Shown: positions 8,717 through 18,721, counted from the first letter of the stretch. The stretch: 64,000 nucleotides of DNA from Clostridia bacterium (GCA_017540175.1 JAFYBN010000010.1:16783-80782); one strand, 5' to 3'. The notes: generated by a model from the sequence alone, not told the origin. Program-made: numbers and translations.

Positions 8717-10087
8717 ATGAAAATCGGCGTAATCGGCGGCGCAGGCGTGCGCACTGTTATCTTTATCAACGGCCTTTTGAAGCGCTACAAGCAGCTTGCC
8801 ATCGACGAGGTGGTTTTATACGACATCGATTTTGAAAAGCTCGCCGTGATCGCGAAGCTCTGCCGCCACGTCGTGGCGCGCGAGGGCAAGGACCTTGTCG
8901 TGCGGGAGGTCTATACCCCCGAAGAGGTCATTCGCGGCATGGATTACATCGTCACCACCCTGCGCGTCGGCGGGGATCATTCCCGCGTCGTCGACGAGCG
9001 GGTCGCCTTGGAAAACGGCGTCATCGGGCAGGAGACCACCGGGGTCGGCGGCTTCTCCATGGCGGTGCGCACGATCCCCGTTCTGCTCGGGCACTGCGAT
9101 CTGATCGAAAAGCTCGCGCCGAACGCGTGGATCTTCAATTTCACCAACCCCTCCGGGCTTGTGACACAGGCGCTGCACAGCGCTGGGCACCACCGCGTCA
9201 TCGGCATCTGCGACGCGCCGAGCAGCATGAAGTACCGCATGGCGCAGTACCTCGGGGTGGAGGAAAAGGACCTCTACGTCGAGTTCTTCGGGCTGAACCA
9301 CCTCTCGTGGATCACGAGCGTGAAGAAGTACGGCTGTGAGATCATGCCCTCGCTGATCGCGGACGACGCGTTTTTAAAAGGCATTCAGGAGCTTGAGATC
9401 TTCGACCCCGGCGTCATCCGCCGCACGGGCATGCTCCCGAACGAATACCTGTATTATTACTACCACCGTGAAAAGGCGCTCGCGAACATCAAAAAATCCG
9501 GCAAGACCCGCGGCGAGACCATCGAAGAGGTCAACATCAAGATGATGGAAGAGCTCAAAGCCATGGACATCGACGCGCATCCGGAGGAGGCGCTGCAGAT
9601 TTTCCTCTGGTACATGCAGCTGAGAGAAAACAGCTATATGTCCATCGAATCCGGCTCCGCGAACCGCCCGCTGATCGAAAAGGGCAAACTCCCCGTGCCG
9701 GAGGGCATGGGCTACGCGGGCGTCATGCTCGACTGCATCGAAGGGATGCAGAGCAAGGAAGGCCGCACGCTCGTGCTCAGCATTCCGAACGCGGGCAGCA
9801 TTCCCTTTCTCACGGACGAGGACGTGGTGGAGGTCACCTGCCTCGTTTCCGAGCGCGGCATCGAGCCGGTGAAGCAGACCACGGTACCGGAGCTTTGCGA
9901 GCTGTACATCCGCCTCATCAAGCGCTACGAGCGTCTGACCGTCGAAGCGGTCCGGCTGGGGCAGGAAAACGGCGGGGAGGAGATGGCGATCGACGCGCTC
10001 ATGACGCACCCGCTCGTCAATTCCTACTCGCTCGCGAAAAAGCTGATCGCCGATTACACCGCCGCCTACGGCGGGCGGCTGTTCTGA
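8717..10087 (+). CDS. Glycoside hydrolase family 4 (NAD/Mn-dependent 6-phospho-glucosidase / alpha-glucosidase type)
   Basis: MKIGVIGGAGVRT Rossmann start, NAWIFNFTNP, ICDAP and GLNHLSW motifs typical of GH4. GGAGG RBS. Confidence 0.85.
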   Translation: MKIGVIGGAGVRTVIFINGLLKRYKQLAIDEVVLYDIDFEKLAVIAKLCRHVVAREGKDLVVREVYTPEEVIRGMDYIVTTLRVGGDHSRVVDERVALENGVIGQETTGVGGFSMAVRTIPVLLGHCDLIEKLAPNAWIFNFTNPSGLVTQALHSAGHHRVIGICDAPSSMKYRMAQYLGVEEKDLYVEFFGLNHLSWITSVKKYGCEIMPSLIADDAFLKGIQELEIFDPGVIRRTGMLPNEYLYYYYHREKALANIKKSGKTRGETIEEVNIKMMEELKAMDIDAHPEEALQIFLWYMQLRENSYMSIESGSANRPLIEKGKLPVPEGMGYAGVMLDCIEGMQSKEGRTLVLSIPNAGSIPFLTDEDVVEVTCLVSERGIEPVKQTTVPELCELYIRLIKRYERLTVEAVRLGQENGGEEMAIDALMTHPLVNSYSLAKKLIADYTAAYGGRLF

Positions 10088-10118
10088 TCACGGACGGCAA
10101 AGAAAGAGAGGTATGACA

Positions 10119-10589
10119 ATGAAGGAAGTCTATCGCGTCGAGGGGATCGTGAACCGCGGCTTCGTCGGGCAGATCACCTATATGGTGAACCTCGAGGAGC
10201 CCTTCTCAAAGCTCGACATCCATTTCGTCTTTGACGCGTCGAAGCGCAAATTCAGCCCGGACGAGGCCACCCCGGAGCTGATCGCGGACACCGTCGCGGT
10301 GTGCAAAAAGAATTATGATCTGGACATCGACGAAAACCGCGCGCGGGGCATCATACTCGGCGACATGAAGACCGAGATCCACACGCTCGCCACTCTGAAC
10401 GACGAGTTCCTCGGGTGCATCCACCGGCAGATGACCGACCGGCACATGTTCTTCGACGGAGTGAACGGGACGGCGACCGAGGGCTGCATCCCGCGGGAGC
10501 GCTTCGAAGGAGTCCTCAAAGTGACGGTCCTCGCGTTCAACGTCATCAAGGACGGCACGCGGTACGAGCTCACCGTCAGCGGGGAATGA
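10119..10589 (+). CDS. Hypothetical protein
   Basis: Compact ORF between GH4 and the PHP gene with coding-like composition. GAGAGG RBS 7 nt before the ATG at 10119 (an alternative ATG is at 10113). No recognisable motif. Confidence 0.6.
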   Translation: MKEVYRVEGIVNRGFVGQITYMVNLEEPFSKLDIHFVFDASKRKFSPDEATPELIADTVAVCKKNYDLDIDENRARGIILGDMKTEIHTLATLNDEFLGCIHRQMTDRHMFFDGVNGTATEGCIPRERFEGVLKVTVLAFNVIKDGTRYELTVSGE

Positions 10590-10606
10590 GAAAAGGAGGG
10601 GGAATC

Positions 10607-11512
10607 ATGTTCAAACGCTACGAACTGCACAACCACACCGTGGAATCGGACGCGAACATCACCTGCCGGGAGCTGCTCGACATCATGCTCGCGGACGGGG
10701 TGGACTGCTTCGCCATTACCGACCACAACACCACCTCCGGCCAGCCCATCATCAAGAAGATCCTCGCGGAGGAAAAGCCGCCCATTCAGTGCGCTTACGG
10801 GATGGAATACACCACCTATTTCGGGCACATCGTCTGCCCCGTGCTCGAGACCTACGTCCCGTGGGACAGCATCAACCGCAAAAAGCCGGAGCTTCTGTTT
10901 GAGGCGTGCAAAAAAGCGAACGCGATCACGGGCGTGGCGCATCCGTTTTCCTACGGCGATCCCTTCGCGAGAGGGTGCCGATTCGAAATGGAAATCACGG
11001 ATTTCACAAACGTGGACTACATCGAGATCGTCAACAATCCCGAACCCCTGCACGAGGTCAACGAACCGGGCATCCTCTGGTGGGAGAGCCTCGTTCTGAA
11101 GGGCGAGAAGGTCGCCGCCTGCGCGGGCATGGATCTGCACGGCAGGGATTCCATGGCAATGAAATTCGCGACCTACGCGGAGGGCAAGGAAGGCGGGGAC
11201 GCCGTGGCGGAGCTCCGCGCCGCGCTCGCCGCCGGGCGGACCTGGGTCTCGAAGGGCATGCTCGTCACCGGGGATATCGACGGCGAGGTGGCCGTCTTCC
11301 ATCTCTGCGACGTGAAAAAGCCCGGCTTCATCCCGTCCGACACCTATACCCTGACGCTCCGCGACAAGGACAGCACCACCGCGTACGACATCACGTCCGG
11401 CTCCGTCCGCGTCCCGCTTACCGAAATCGACGACATCGCGGTCCCGAAGCTCTACGGCGGCGAAGTGAAGCTCGAAAACCTGATCTGCGTCGCGCCGGTG
11501 ATCCGGCTCTGA
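10607..11512 (+). CDS. PHP-domain (CehA/McbA-like) metal-dependent phosphoesterase
   Basis: YELHNHTVESDA...FAITDHNT...GVAHPF PHP histidine pattern. AAAGGAGGGGG RBS. Confidence 0.75.
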   Translation: MFKRYELHNHTVESDANITCRELLDIMLADGVDCFAITDHNTTSGQPIIKKILAEEKPPIQCAYGMEYTTYFGHIVCPVLETYVPWDSINRKKPELLFEACKKANAITGVAHPFSYGDPFARGCRFEMEITDFTNVDYIEIVNNPEPLHEVNEPGILWWESLVLKGEKVAACAGMDLHGRDSMAMKFATYAEGKEGGDAVAELRAALAAGRTWVSKGMLVTGDIDGEVAVFHLCDVKKPGFIPSDTYTLTLRDKDSTTAYDITSGSVRVPLTEIDDIAVPKLYGGEVKLENLICVAPVIRL

Positions 11513-11533
11513 ACGAAATCCGAAGAAATCGAT

Positions 11534-11570
11534 CCGGTCAGCCTGAAAAAAGCTGACCGGTTTCTGTTTT
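11534..11570 (+). terminator. Intrinsic terminator after the PHP gene
   Basis: CCGGTCAGC-loop-GCTGACCGG followed by TTTCTGTTTT. Confidence 0.75.
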
Positions 11571-11624
11571 GTCCGTCGGAACTTTTTCACGCGCCTCGGC
11601 GTCTAACGGGCAGGAGGTGATTCC

Positions 11625-12788
11625 ATGAGACCCCTGACCGTTTTGTTGTACCTATGCGCGATTCTGTGCGCGGGCATGCTCGCGTCCTGCGCGCTGAGAC
11701 CCGCGGAGCTTTCGGCTCCCGATCCCGCCGCCGCGCAGCACGACCCGGACGCCGCTCTTCGGCCCGCCGCGCCGCCGGCAGGATTGGAGGGAGAGTCCCC
11801 GAATCTTGCGTTCACGGCGCAAGCCGTCCGCACGGGCAGCACCGTCTATGTGCGCGAACCCGTCGTCACGATCGTCGATTCCGTGATCGGGCTCGGGCGC
11901 TATATTGAGGAAAACAAGGAGCAATGCGACTTTTCGCATCATGAGGATCCCGCGGCGGACAATGCCGTCGGTTTCGCCGACGCGGTCGCGGAATACGACG
12001 AGGATTGGTTTGCGGATCACCGGCTCGTGCTCGTGCATCTCGGCGAGGGCAGCGGGTCCGTTCGTCATGAAGTGACCGAAGTCACGCCCGACGTGATCGA
12101 AATCGTCCGGCTCCTCCCCGAGGAAAGCACCGCCGACGAAGCGGCGTGGCACATCCTCATCGGCGTGGAACGCGCGGACTTTCCGAACTCCGGCTTTGCG
12201 TTAAAGATCACGGCTCGGAACCCGAGGGGCGAGGAGAAGCCTGAAAAGCAGATCCCGGTCACCGCGGCGGTGTACGGGGACGAGCCCGTGCCGCCCGCTG
12301 TGCCGTCCGAGCCCGATGAGCAGGACAAGCCGGAAGAACCTGACGGATACGAGGATGTGGAATTCACCGCGCTTGCCGTCCGCACGGACGGGTACCACGA
12401 CGGCGCGCGCTATCCCGCCGTCACGGTGATCGACTCCGCGGGCGAGCTCGCCCGGTATACGGAGGAGTTCGGGAAGCTCTACGACTTCTCCCACAAAGAA
12501 AAGGTCTATTCCGACTCAACGGTCGGCTTCGTCGACGCGGTCGCCGGGTATGACGAGGCATGGTTCGCGGATCACCGGCTTGTGCTCGTTCTGCTCGAGG
12601 AGGGCAGCGGCTCCGTGCGGTTCGAGGTTATGCGGGTCACGACAGAGCCTGCCGCGGTGATCGGTGTCCATGTTCCGGAGATCTGCACCGATGATATGGC
12701 GGAGTGGCACATTCTCATCGAGCTTGACCGCTCGGTCGATGTGAGCGGGGAGTTCGGGGTGAGGTTTGTGAGCAAAGGGACGGAATAA
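11625..12788 (+). CDS. Lipoprotein of unknown function with an internal tandem domain duplication
   Basis: Signal peptide plus lipobox (LCAGMLASC). Two ~140-aa homologous modules start at about nt 11811 and 12363. AGGAGG RBS. Confidence 0.75.
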   Translation: MRPLTVLLYLCAILCAGMLASCALRPAELSAPDPAAAQHDPDAALRPAAPPAGLEGESPNLAFTAQAVRTGSTVYVREPVVTIVDSVIGLGRYIEENKEQCDFSHHEDPAADNAVGFADAVAEYDEDWFADHRLVLVHLGEGSGSVRHEVTEVTPDVIEIVRLLPEESTADEAAWHILIGVERADFPNSGFALKITARNPRGEEKPEKQIPVTAAVYGDEPVPPAVPSEPDEQDKPEEPDGYEDVEFTALAVRTDGYHDGARYPAVTVIDSAGELARYTEEFGKLYDFSHKEKVYSDSTVGFVDAVAGYDEAWFADHRLVLVLLEEGSGSVRFEVMRVTTEPAAVIGVHVPEICTDDMAEWHILIELDRSVDVSGEFGVRFVSKGTE

Positions 12789-12956
12789 AAGAACGGGGAC
12801 CGTCCGGAAACGGATCGGCCCTCCTTCGGCTGCCGCCGATTTTCAGGGAAATCCCCCCTTCCCTCTTGACCATGATGATCATAGTGAGATCATCATAATC
12901 ATAATCACGATCATAGTCAGACACGGAGACGCGGTACTCGCGCGGGAAGCGCGAAC

Positions 12957-12998
12957 GAAAAATCCCGCAAAGCCGCCTGAACATACGGCCTTGCGGGA
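12957..12998 (-). terminator. Intrinsic terminator downstream of the 13015-14961 gene
   Basis: 13-bp stem (TCCCGCAAAGCCG / CGGCCTTGCGGGA, one mismatch) followed on the minus strand by TTTTTC. Confidence 0.6.
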
Positions 12999-13014
12999 TA
13001 AACTGCAGATTCGG

Positions 13015-14961
13015 TTATCGGATCTCGATGATCTCGTACAGATCGACCCGGGGAATCTCCACGGTGATTTTACCGTCCTTCCAGTTGAACGCAAGCTCCC
13101 GCCCTTCGGGCTGCAGAATCAGCCCGCGGGGCTTTTTTTCCGCTTTGATCGAGAGCGTGACGTCGAGAATGGGCGGGATGAAATCCTCCGTTGCGACCTC
13201 GCGCGAGGCGTGCGCGCCGTTCGCATTCACGAGCTGCACCGCGCGCCTGCCGTCCTCCTCGAGCACGCCGACCTCGAGGAGCCCGAGCGCCGCCTCAATC
13301 TTCACCGTCGGCTCGAAGAGCTTCTCTGCGAGCTTGCGCAGCAGATCGCGCAGGATGTACTGCGCGCATGCCCCGTACTGCGTCCCGACGTCCGCCGGGA
13401 CAAGGGCGATCCTTCCCTTTCCGTACGGGACGATCACCGCACCGGGGAGCGTGATCTCCCGCTCGGCGTCTCCGATTTTCGCCGCAGTCTGAGAGTCCGG
13501 CGCCGAGATTTCGTGCGCGTTCTTCAAGATACCGGTGTGCACGCCGTCGACCGTGAGCCAGCGCTGTTCGTTTTCCCGGTCCTTTTCGTCGATGACGAGT
13601 CCGGGGATCGCGTCGGCGAAGAAACGGCAGGTGAAGGGCCCCGTGAGCAGCAGGGAGCCGCCGTTTTCCGCGTACCTCAGCAGCTCCGCTTTCATCCCGT
13701 CGTCGAGCCCGTATTTCAGCTCCGGCACGGCGATGAGCCCGAACTTTGCGCACGCGCCGCGGAGGGTGTGCTCCGAGGCGATCTCCACGGGGACGCCCGC
13801 GTCGCAGAACAGCGCGGTCAGCCCCACGGTCCGCTCGTACCCGCCCCGCCCGTAGAGACCCCCCTCGTGCAGGGCGCGGTCATGGGTCGAGAGCAGGATC
13901 ACGGCGTTGTGCTCCGCTTTCCACCGGAAGCAGAACGGCTGGCGCGCCCGCACGAAATCCGCGACGGGCTTCATCAGGCGGATCTGCTCCATGCGCGGCG
14001 AGCCGTCCTTGTACTGGGTGATGTAGTTTTGGAATCCCCCGCCCACCGCGAGCACCGCCGCGGCCTCCTGCATGATCTGGACGGGGTGCTTCGGCACGCC
14101 GGAGAGGTGCAGATCGGAGTGATTCGACCGGAAATTCCACGCCATGAGGTCCCACGTGCGGTTCTGCTGCGCGATGGCGCGTCCGGCGTAGCGCGCGGCA
14201 TTGAAGGAATTGCCCGGGTTGAAGTCCCCGGAGAGGAAATCCACGTTTGCGGACACCGCCTCGGGCATGTGGTCGGTGTACGCCCAGTTGGAGGCGATCT
14301 GAAAATCCGGGTATTCCCGGTGCACCTCGTCCACGTAATGCCGCACGTACCGCCGGAACAGCTCGCGGCAGAACTCGCGGTACTCTTCGTAATACGGATC
14401 GGCTTTGGACACGGGGAGCTTCCCGCTGAGATCGATCCCACGCTCCCGCTCAAACGCCGCCACGGTGTCGGGGTGATAGTCCACGGTCGTGCCCCAGCAT
14501 TCCCCGTCGACCCAGACGCCGTCCGCACCGTATTTGCCCGCGAGCTCCTTCAGCTGCGGGATAAGGAGCATGTCGGCGTAATGCCCCGCCGTGCGCACTA
14601 CGTTTCCGGAGGGCTTTCCGTCCGCTCCCACGATCGCCTCTTCGGGGTGATTCGCGCAGAACCGAGCGTCGATCACGCCGGAATAGTGCAGATAGAGCGC
14701 GACGCCCTCCTCCTTCGTGACCCGCCGCCACAGCGCGAGCGTATCGAAGGCGAACGCGGGCATCGCGTTTTCAAGCTCGGTTGGATAGGACGCCCAGCCT
14801 GGATGCCCCTTGCAGTCGATCTGGATGAAATCGGGCTTGATGAGGCGGCAGATCTCGCGGATGTCCTCTTCCCTGAGCGTCGCGCCGACGACAAGACCCG
14901 GCGCGGGCGAGGCGTGAAAGTCGAAATGCAGACCGAAGGCGCTTTCCGAACGTCTTTTCAT
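13015..14961 (-). CDS. Putative TIM-barrel glycoside hydrolase with a C-terminal accessory domain (family not assigned)
   Basis: 648-aa ORF. Start moved to the ATG at 14961, which has an AAGGAG RBS. FGLHFDFHA, DCKGHPGW and GADGVWVDGECWG resemble glycosidase barrels. No signal peptide. Confidence 0.7.
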   Translation of the reverse strand: MKRRSESAFGLHFDFHASPAPGLVVGATLREEDIREICRLIKPDFIQIDCKGHPGWASYPTELENAMPAFAFDTLALWRRVTKEEGVALYLHYSGVIDARFCANHPEEAIVGADGKPSGNVVRTAGHYADMLLIPQLKELAGKYGADGVWVDGECWGTTVDYHPDTVAAFERERGIDLSGKLPVSKADPYYEEYREFCRELFRRYVRHYVDEVHREYPDFQIASNWAYTDHMPEAVSANVDFLSGDFNPGNSFNAARYAGRAIAQQNRTWDLMAWNFRSNHSDLHLSGVPKHPVQIMQEAAAVLAVGGGFQNYITQYKDGSPRMEQIRLMKPVADFVRARQPFCFRWKAEHNAVILLSTHDRALHEGGLYGRGGYERTVGLTALFCDAGVPVEIASEHTLRGACAKFGLIAVPELKYGLDDGMKAELLRYAENGGSLLLTGPFTCRFFADAIPGLVIDEKDRENEQRWLTVDGVHTGILKNAHEISAPDSQTAAKIGDAEREITLPGAVIVPYGKGRIALVPADVGTQYGACAQYILRDLLRKLAEKLFEPTVKIEAALGLLEVGVLEEDGRRAVQLVNANGAHASREVATEDFIPPILDVTLSIKAEKKPRGLILQPEGRELAFNWKDGKITVEIPRVDLYEIIEIR

Positions 14962-15071
14962 GATGAATCTCCTTCCCTTGCAGGCGTTTGCACCTGTTTT
15001 TTGACGGCTGTTCGTTGATCGGCGATCGTTAGCGGCATTCGTATGCCGGCAATCGATGATCGGTCCCCTGC

Positions 15072-16496
15072 TCACCGGAACATGATCGAATACAGATCGG
15101 CGTCGAACATATTGACCGTGAGCACGACGGGTCTGCCCGCGAACGCGCCGACGTCCCCGTCGAAGCGGACGCGCCGGTCCGTGCTGTCGCCGAAGGTCTC
15201 GCACGAGGTCAGACGCCGCCCGTCCGTGTCGGTCAGCTTGAACCGCATCCAGCCGTAGGCGGAGGTCGAGAAATTGACGAAGAGGTCCTTTCCCTCAAAA
15301 ATGAAGGGCTTCGTCGTGAGGTTGGATTCCGGATAGCGCGCGGTGCGCGACACGAATCCGTCGAGTCGGACCGAATAGCGGTACGCCTGCGGCGGGCAGT
15401 CGAAGAAGCGGTTTTCCATGCAGTAGAAGGAAAGCTCGTTTTCGCATCCGGGGTGGGAGGCGGGCGTCTCAAGCAATCCGTTCGAGAAGTAAACGCTCCC
15501 GTAGACCCAGCCCCGCGGGTGCTCCGGTCCCGGGCGCAGGAACGCCTCCGGGTAGCGTGTAAAGCGGTGTCCGTCGCGGGAGACCATGAAGAGGGTGTCG
15601 CTGACCGAGAGCCCAAGCCGGTCGCTGCGGTTCGGTCCGGCGCGGCGCAGACGGTCCTCGCGCCCGCAGAGCTCGTCGTAATTCGGCGTCCATTCGCGCC
15701 GGATGACGTACCGGGACGGGAAACCCACAAGAAGGTGATCCGCCCTCTCGTAGGGCAGGATCGAATTGATGTACATCTGCCACGCGTTGGGCGTATCGTA
15801 TTCGAGGTAGCGCGCCTTCGGCCATCCGCCCTCCGGGAAGAGTTCCTCGCTCTCGGAGCCGCTGATCGCGCGGATCCAGACCGGGTCGGCGGGGTTCGAC
15901 GCGGAGAAATAATCGCGGATGTACGCGCGGTACTTGCCGATGTTTTTGTCCCAGAAAACCGTGTTCACGCTGTCGTAGGGCGTACCGGGATTCTGCCCGG
16001 GGATGTTCAGCCGCCCGGCGAACCGGAAGCGCAGCCCGTCGGAGCTGACGTAGAACCACAGACCGGAATCGACGTTGGCGACGGCTTTGATCCTCTCCTC
16101 CGGCAGGGATTTCGGGTTCTCGTCCACGAACGCGCGGAAGCCGTCGAACCGCTGCGCACGGGGCGGCTCGCCGGGGTACTCGAAGGAGCAGAGGGCGTTT
16201 TCGCGGGATCCCTGCCATTCGACAAGCCCGTAGGACGGACGCTCCCAATGAATGCCGTCCGTGCTGACGGAGCAGACGAGCCCCGCCGTGTGGATGGTGT
16301 ACATTCGGCAGATGTCCCCGTCCTTCAGGACGCACAGGTAGGGGTGGTTTTCCGTCGCCCAAGGTTCGGTGAAGGTTTCGCATTCGCGCTGGACCGGGTG
16401 GTGCAGCAGCGCGGGCGTATCGGTTTTATCCGTGTCGATCAGCCAGTCGTCCCAAAGCGGCTCCCGTCTTGATCCGATGATGCGGATGTCGTCCAT
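15072..16496 (-). CDS. Hypothetical protein, possibly a beta-propeller glycosidase-like enzyme
   Basis: 474-aa ORF with an AAGGAG RBS. Trp/Asp-rich repeated blade-like segments. The functional call is tentative. Confidence 0.65.
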   Translation of the reverse strand: MDDIRIIGSRREPLWDDWLIDTDKTDTPALLHHPVQRECETFTEPWATENHPYLCVLKDGDICRMYTIHTAGLVCSVSTDGIHWERPSYGLVEWQGSRENALCSFEYPGEPPRAQRFDGFRAFVDENPKSLPEERIKAVANVDSGLWFYVSSDGLRFRFAGRLNIPGQNPGTPYDSVNTVFWDKNIGKYRAYIRDYFSASNPADPVWIRAISGSESEELFPEGGWPKARYLEYDTPNAWQMYINSILPYERADHLLVGFPSRYVIRREWTPNYDELCGREDRLRRAGPNRSDRLGLSVSDTLFMVSRDGHRFTRYPEAFLRPGPEHPRGWVYGSVYFSNGLLETPASHPGCENELSFYCMENRFFDCPPQAYRYSVRLDGFVSRTARYPESNLTTKPFIFEGKDLFVNFSTSAYGWMRFKLTDTDGRRLTSCETFGDSTDRRVRFDGDVGAFAGRPVVLTVNMFDADLYSIMFR

Positions 16497-16603
16497 GACT
16501 GAGATCTCCTTTATTTTCTGATGCCGTTTCGATGAGGGGATGAGCGGCGCTGTTCTTCTCCCGTTTCGGGCATTGTGCGCGGCTCCCGCCGAAAATCACA
16601 AAA

Positions 16604-16660
16604 GACCGCTGCGGCGTGTCCCTGCGGGGACGCGGGGGAAGCCGCGGCAGCCTTGTTTTT
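16604..16660 (-). terminator. Probable (bidirectional) terminator hairpin after the SIS gene
   Basis: GC-rich imperfect hairpin with T-rich tracts on both strands. Approximate bounds. Confidence 0.45.
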
Positions 16661-16670
16661 GAAACCGGTA

Positions 16671-17711
16671 TTATTTCGTGATCGTGATCTTGTTGATCAC
16701 TCCGGCGAGGTCGGGGTCAATGCCTCTCACGATGGTCATGCAGCACGCGAGGAGCTGGAAGAACATCACGGCGATCTGCGGGAAGGTGAATTCGCATCCG
16801 GTGGAGGGCAGCACGACCGCCGTCGTTCCATCGGGCGCTTCGCCCGCGTCGTCCGTGATCACGACCACATCCGCGCCCACGCCGAGCAGCTTTTCGATCA
16901 CCGCGCGGGAATCGTCGCCCGTCGCGCCCTTCGGGGAGAGCACGAAGACGAGGTCGCCCGGCTTGACCTGCGCGATCGGACCGTGGTGGAAATCGGAGGT
17001 CGGGTAGCCCTTCATTTTCAGCTTGTTCGTCTCGAGCATCTTGAGCGCGCCTTCGAGGGCGATGGGGTAGGAAATGCCGCGCCCGAGCAGGATCGCGCCG
17101 GGGATGTTCTGATACTTCCGCGCGAAGTTCATGATCCTGTCGTACTTCGTGTCGAGCATAGCCTGTGCGGCGTCGGGCAGCTTGCGGAATTCGGCGATCA
17201 GAGCCTCGTTGCCCGCCCAGACGGCGGCGAGCAGGCCGAGGATCGTCATCTGCGTCGTGAAGGTCTTCGTCGCGGCGATGCTCGCCTCGTGCCCGCACCC
17301 GCAATAGAGGTGGTAGGCGGCGCATTTTGCCATCGGGGAATCCTCGTTGTTGGTGACGGCGACCGTGATCGCGCCGTCCTTCTTCGCCGACTCGAGCACC
17401 GCGAGCACGTCCTCCGCCTTGCCGGACTGGGACACGCCGATCACGAGATCGTCCGAGAGGTCGATATGCGCGCCGTACTTCGTGAAGACCGAAGGAGTGC
17501 CGAGCGTGCAGGGGATCCCGGCGAAAATGCCGAAGAGGTACTGCGCGTAGACGCAGGCGTGGTCGGAGGTGCCGCGCGCCGCGAAATAGACGTGCTTCAC
17601 GCCCGCCGCCTTTGCCTTCGCGACGATCTCTTTTGCCGCTGCGAGATTCAAGTCCACGACCGTGCTCAGCGCGGCCGGCTGTTCGCGGATTTCTTTTTCG
17701 AGGTTGATCAT
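16671..17711 (-). CDS. Double-SIS-domain sugar-phosphate isomerase/deaminase (AgaS / GlmS C-terminal-like / fructosamine deglycase type)
   Basis: MINLEKEIREQPAAL start, GTSDHA, VSQSGKAEDV and other SIS motifs. AAAGGAG RBS. Confidence 0.85.
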   Translation of the reverse strand: MINLEKEIREQPAALSTVVDLNLAAAKEIVAKAKAAGVKHVYFAARGTSDHACVYAQYLFGIFAGIPCTLGTPSVFTKYGAHIDLSDDLVIGVSQSGKAEDVLAVLESAKKDGAITVAVTNNEDSPMAKCAAYHLYCGCGHEASIAATKTFTTQMTILGLLAAVWAGNEALIAEFRKLPDAAQAMLDTKYDRIMNFARKYQNIPGAILLGRGISYPIALEGALKMLETNKLKMKGYPTSDFHHGPIAQVKPGDLVFVLSPKGATGDDSRAVIEKLLGVGADVVVITDDAGEAPDGTTAVVLPSTGCEFTFPQIAVMFFQLLACCMTIVRGIDPDLAGVINKITITK

Positions 17712-17745
17712 GAGAATATGCTCCTTTGTCTTATGATAGTTCAGA

Positions 17746-18720
17746 TCAGATGAGTCCGAGCGTTTTCAGAATAAAGATGCCCGAGAAGATCGTCACGACG
17801 CAGAACATCGTCGATAGCAGCAAAATCTGCCCGGCGAGGTCGTGATCGTTGCCCATTTTCTTTGCCATGATGTAGCTGGAGACCGCGGTCGGCGCGCCGA
17901 AGCAGATCAGCACGACGCCCAGCGCCGGTTCTCTGAAGCCGAAGAGCGCCGCGGCAGTCACCGCGACCGCCGGGATGAGGAGCGTGCGGTTGAGCGCGCC
18001 CCATACGGCGTACCCGGCGCGGCCCTTCAGGCTCTCCGCCTTGAAATTCGCGCCGAGGCTCATGAGGGCGAGGGGCGTGGTCAGTCCGGAGAGATAGTGC
18101 AGGGTCTTCGACGCAGCCGTCGGGATCGTGATTTTCATCAGCATGAACGGCAGGGCGAGAAGAACCCCGATGATGAGGGGATTCGTGACGATGGAACGGA
18201 GGATGCTTTTCAGCGTTTCCTTCGAGAAGCGCTTTTCCTGCTTCGCGGAAAAGACCGAAAGCAGGATCACGGAATAGGCGTTGAACATGAGGATGACGAA
18301 CGGCATGACGAGCGCGATCTTTTCCCCGCCCGCCTCGCCGAACATGTTCACGGCGAGGGGAACGCCGAGAATGGCGAAATTCGAGCGGCACGAGCCCTGA
18401 ACGAACGCGCCGCGCAACTTCGGATCGCGCACGAGGACGAGACTGAGCAAGCTCATGACGGTAAAGCTCAGCGTAACGGAAACGACGAGGAACACGACAA
18501 GCCCCGTGTCGAACGCATCCGAAACCGTGCATTCCGCCACCTCGAGAAAGAGCATGACGGGAAGACCGATTTTGAAGACGAGCCAGTCCGCGGTCTCGCA
18601 GAAGGCCTCCGTGAGCTTTGAAGCCCGCTTCAGCACCCAGCCGAGGATCACAAGCAGGATGATAGGCAGAATGGCGTTGACGCTGTACAGGAGATTGCCA
18701 AGCAGAGGATTTTCGCTCAT
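17746..18720 (-). CDS. AEC (auxin efflux carrier) family transporter
   Basis: ~10-TM protein with an AEC-like N-terminus (LLYSVNAILPIILLVILGWVLKR). Start at the ATG at 18720, 1 nt after the upstream gene's stop. Confidence 0.85.
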   Translation of the reverse strand: MSENPLLGNLLYSVNAILPIILLVILGWVLKRASKLTEAFCETADWLVFKIGLPVMLFLEVAECTVSDAFDTGLVVFLVVSVTLSFTVMSLLSLVLVRDPKLRGAFVQGSCRSNFAILGVPLAVNMFGEAGGEKIALVMPFVILMFNAYSVILLSVFSAKQEKRFSKETLKSILRSIVTNPLIIGVLLALPFMLMKITIPTAASKTLHYLSGLTTPLALMSLGANFKAESLKGRAGYAVWGALNRTLLIPAVAVTAAALFGFREPALGVVLICFGAPTAVSSYIMAKKMGNDHDLAGQILLLSTMFCVVTIFSGIFILKTLGLI

Positions 18721-18721
18721 A

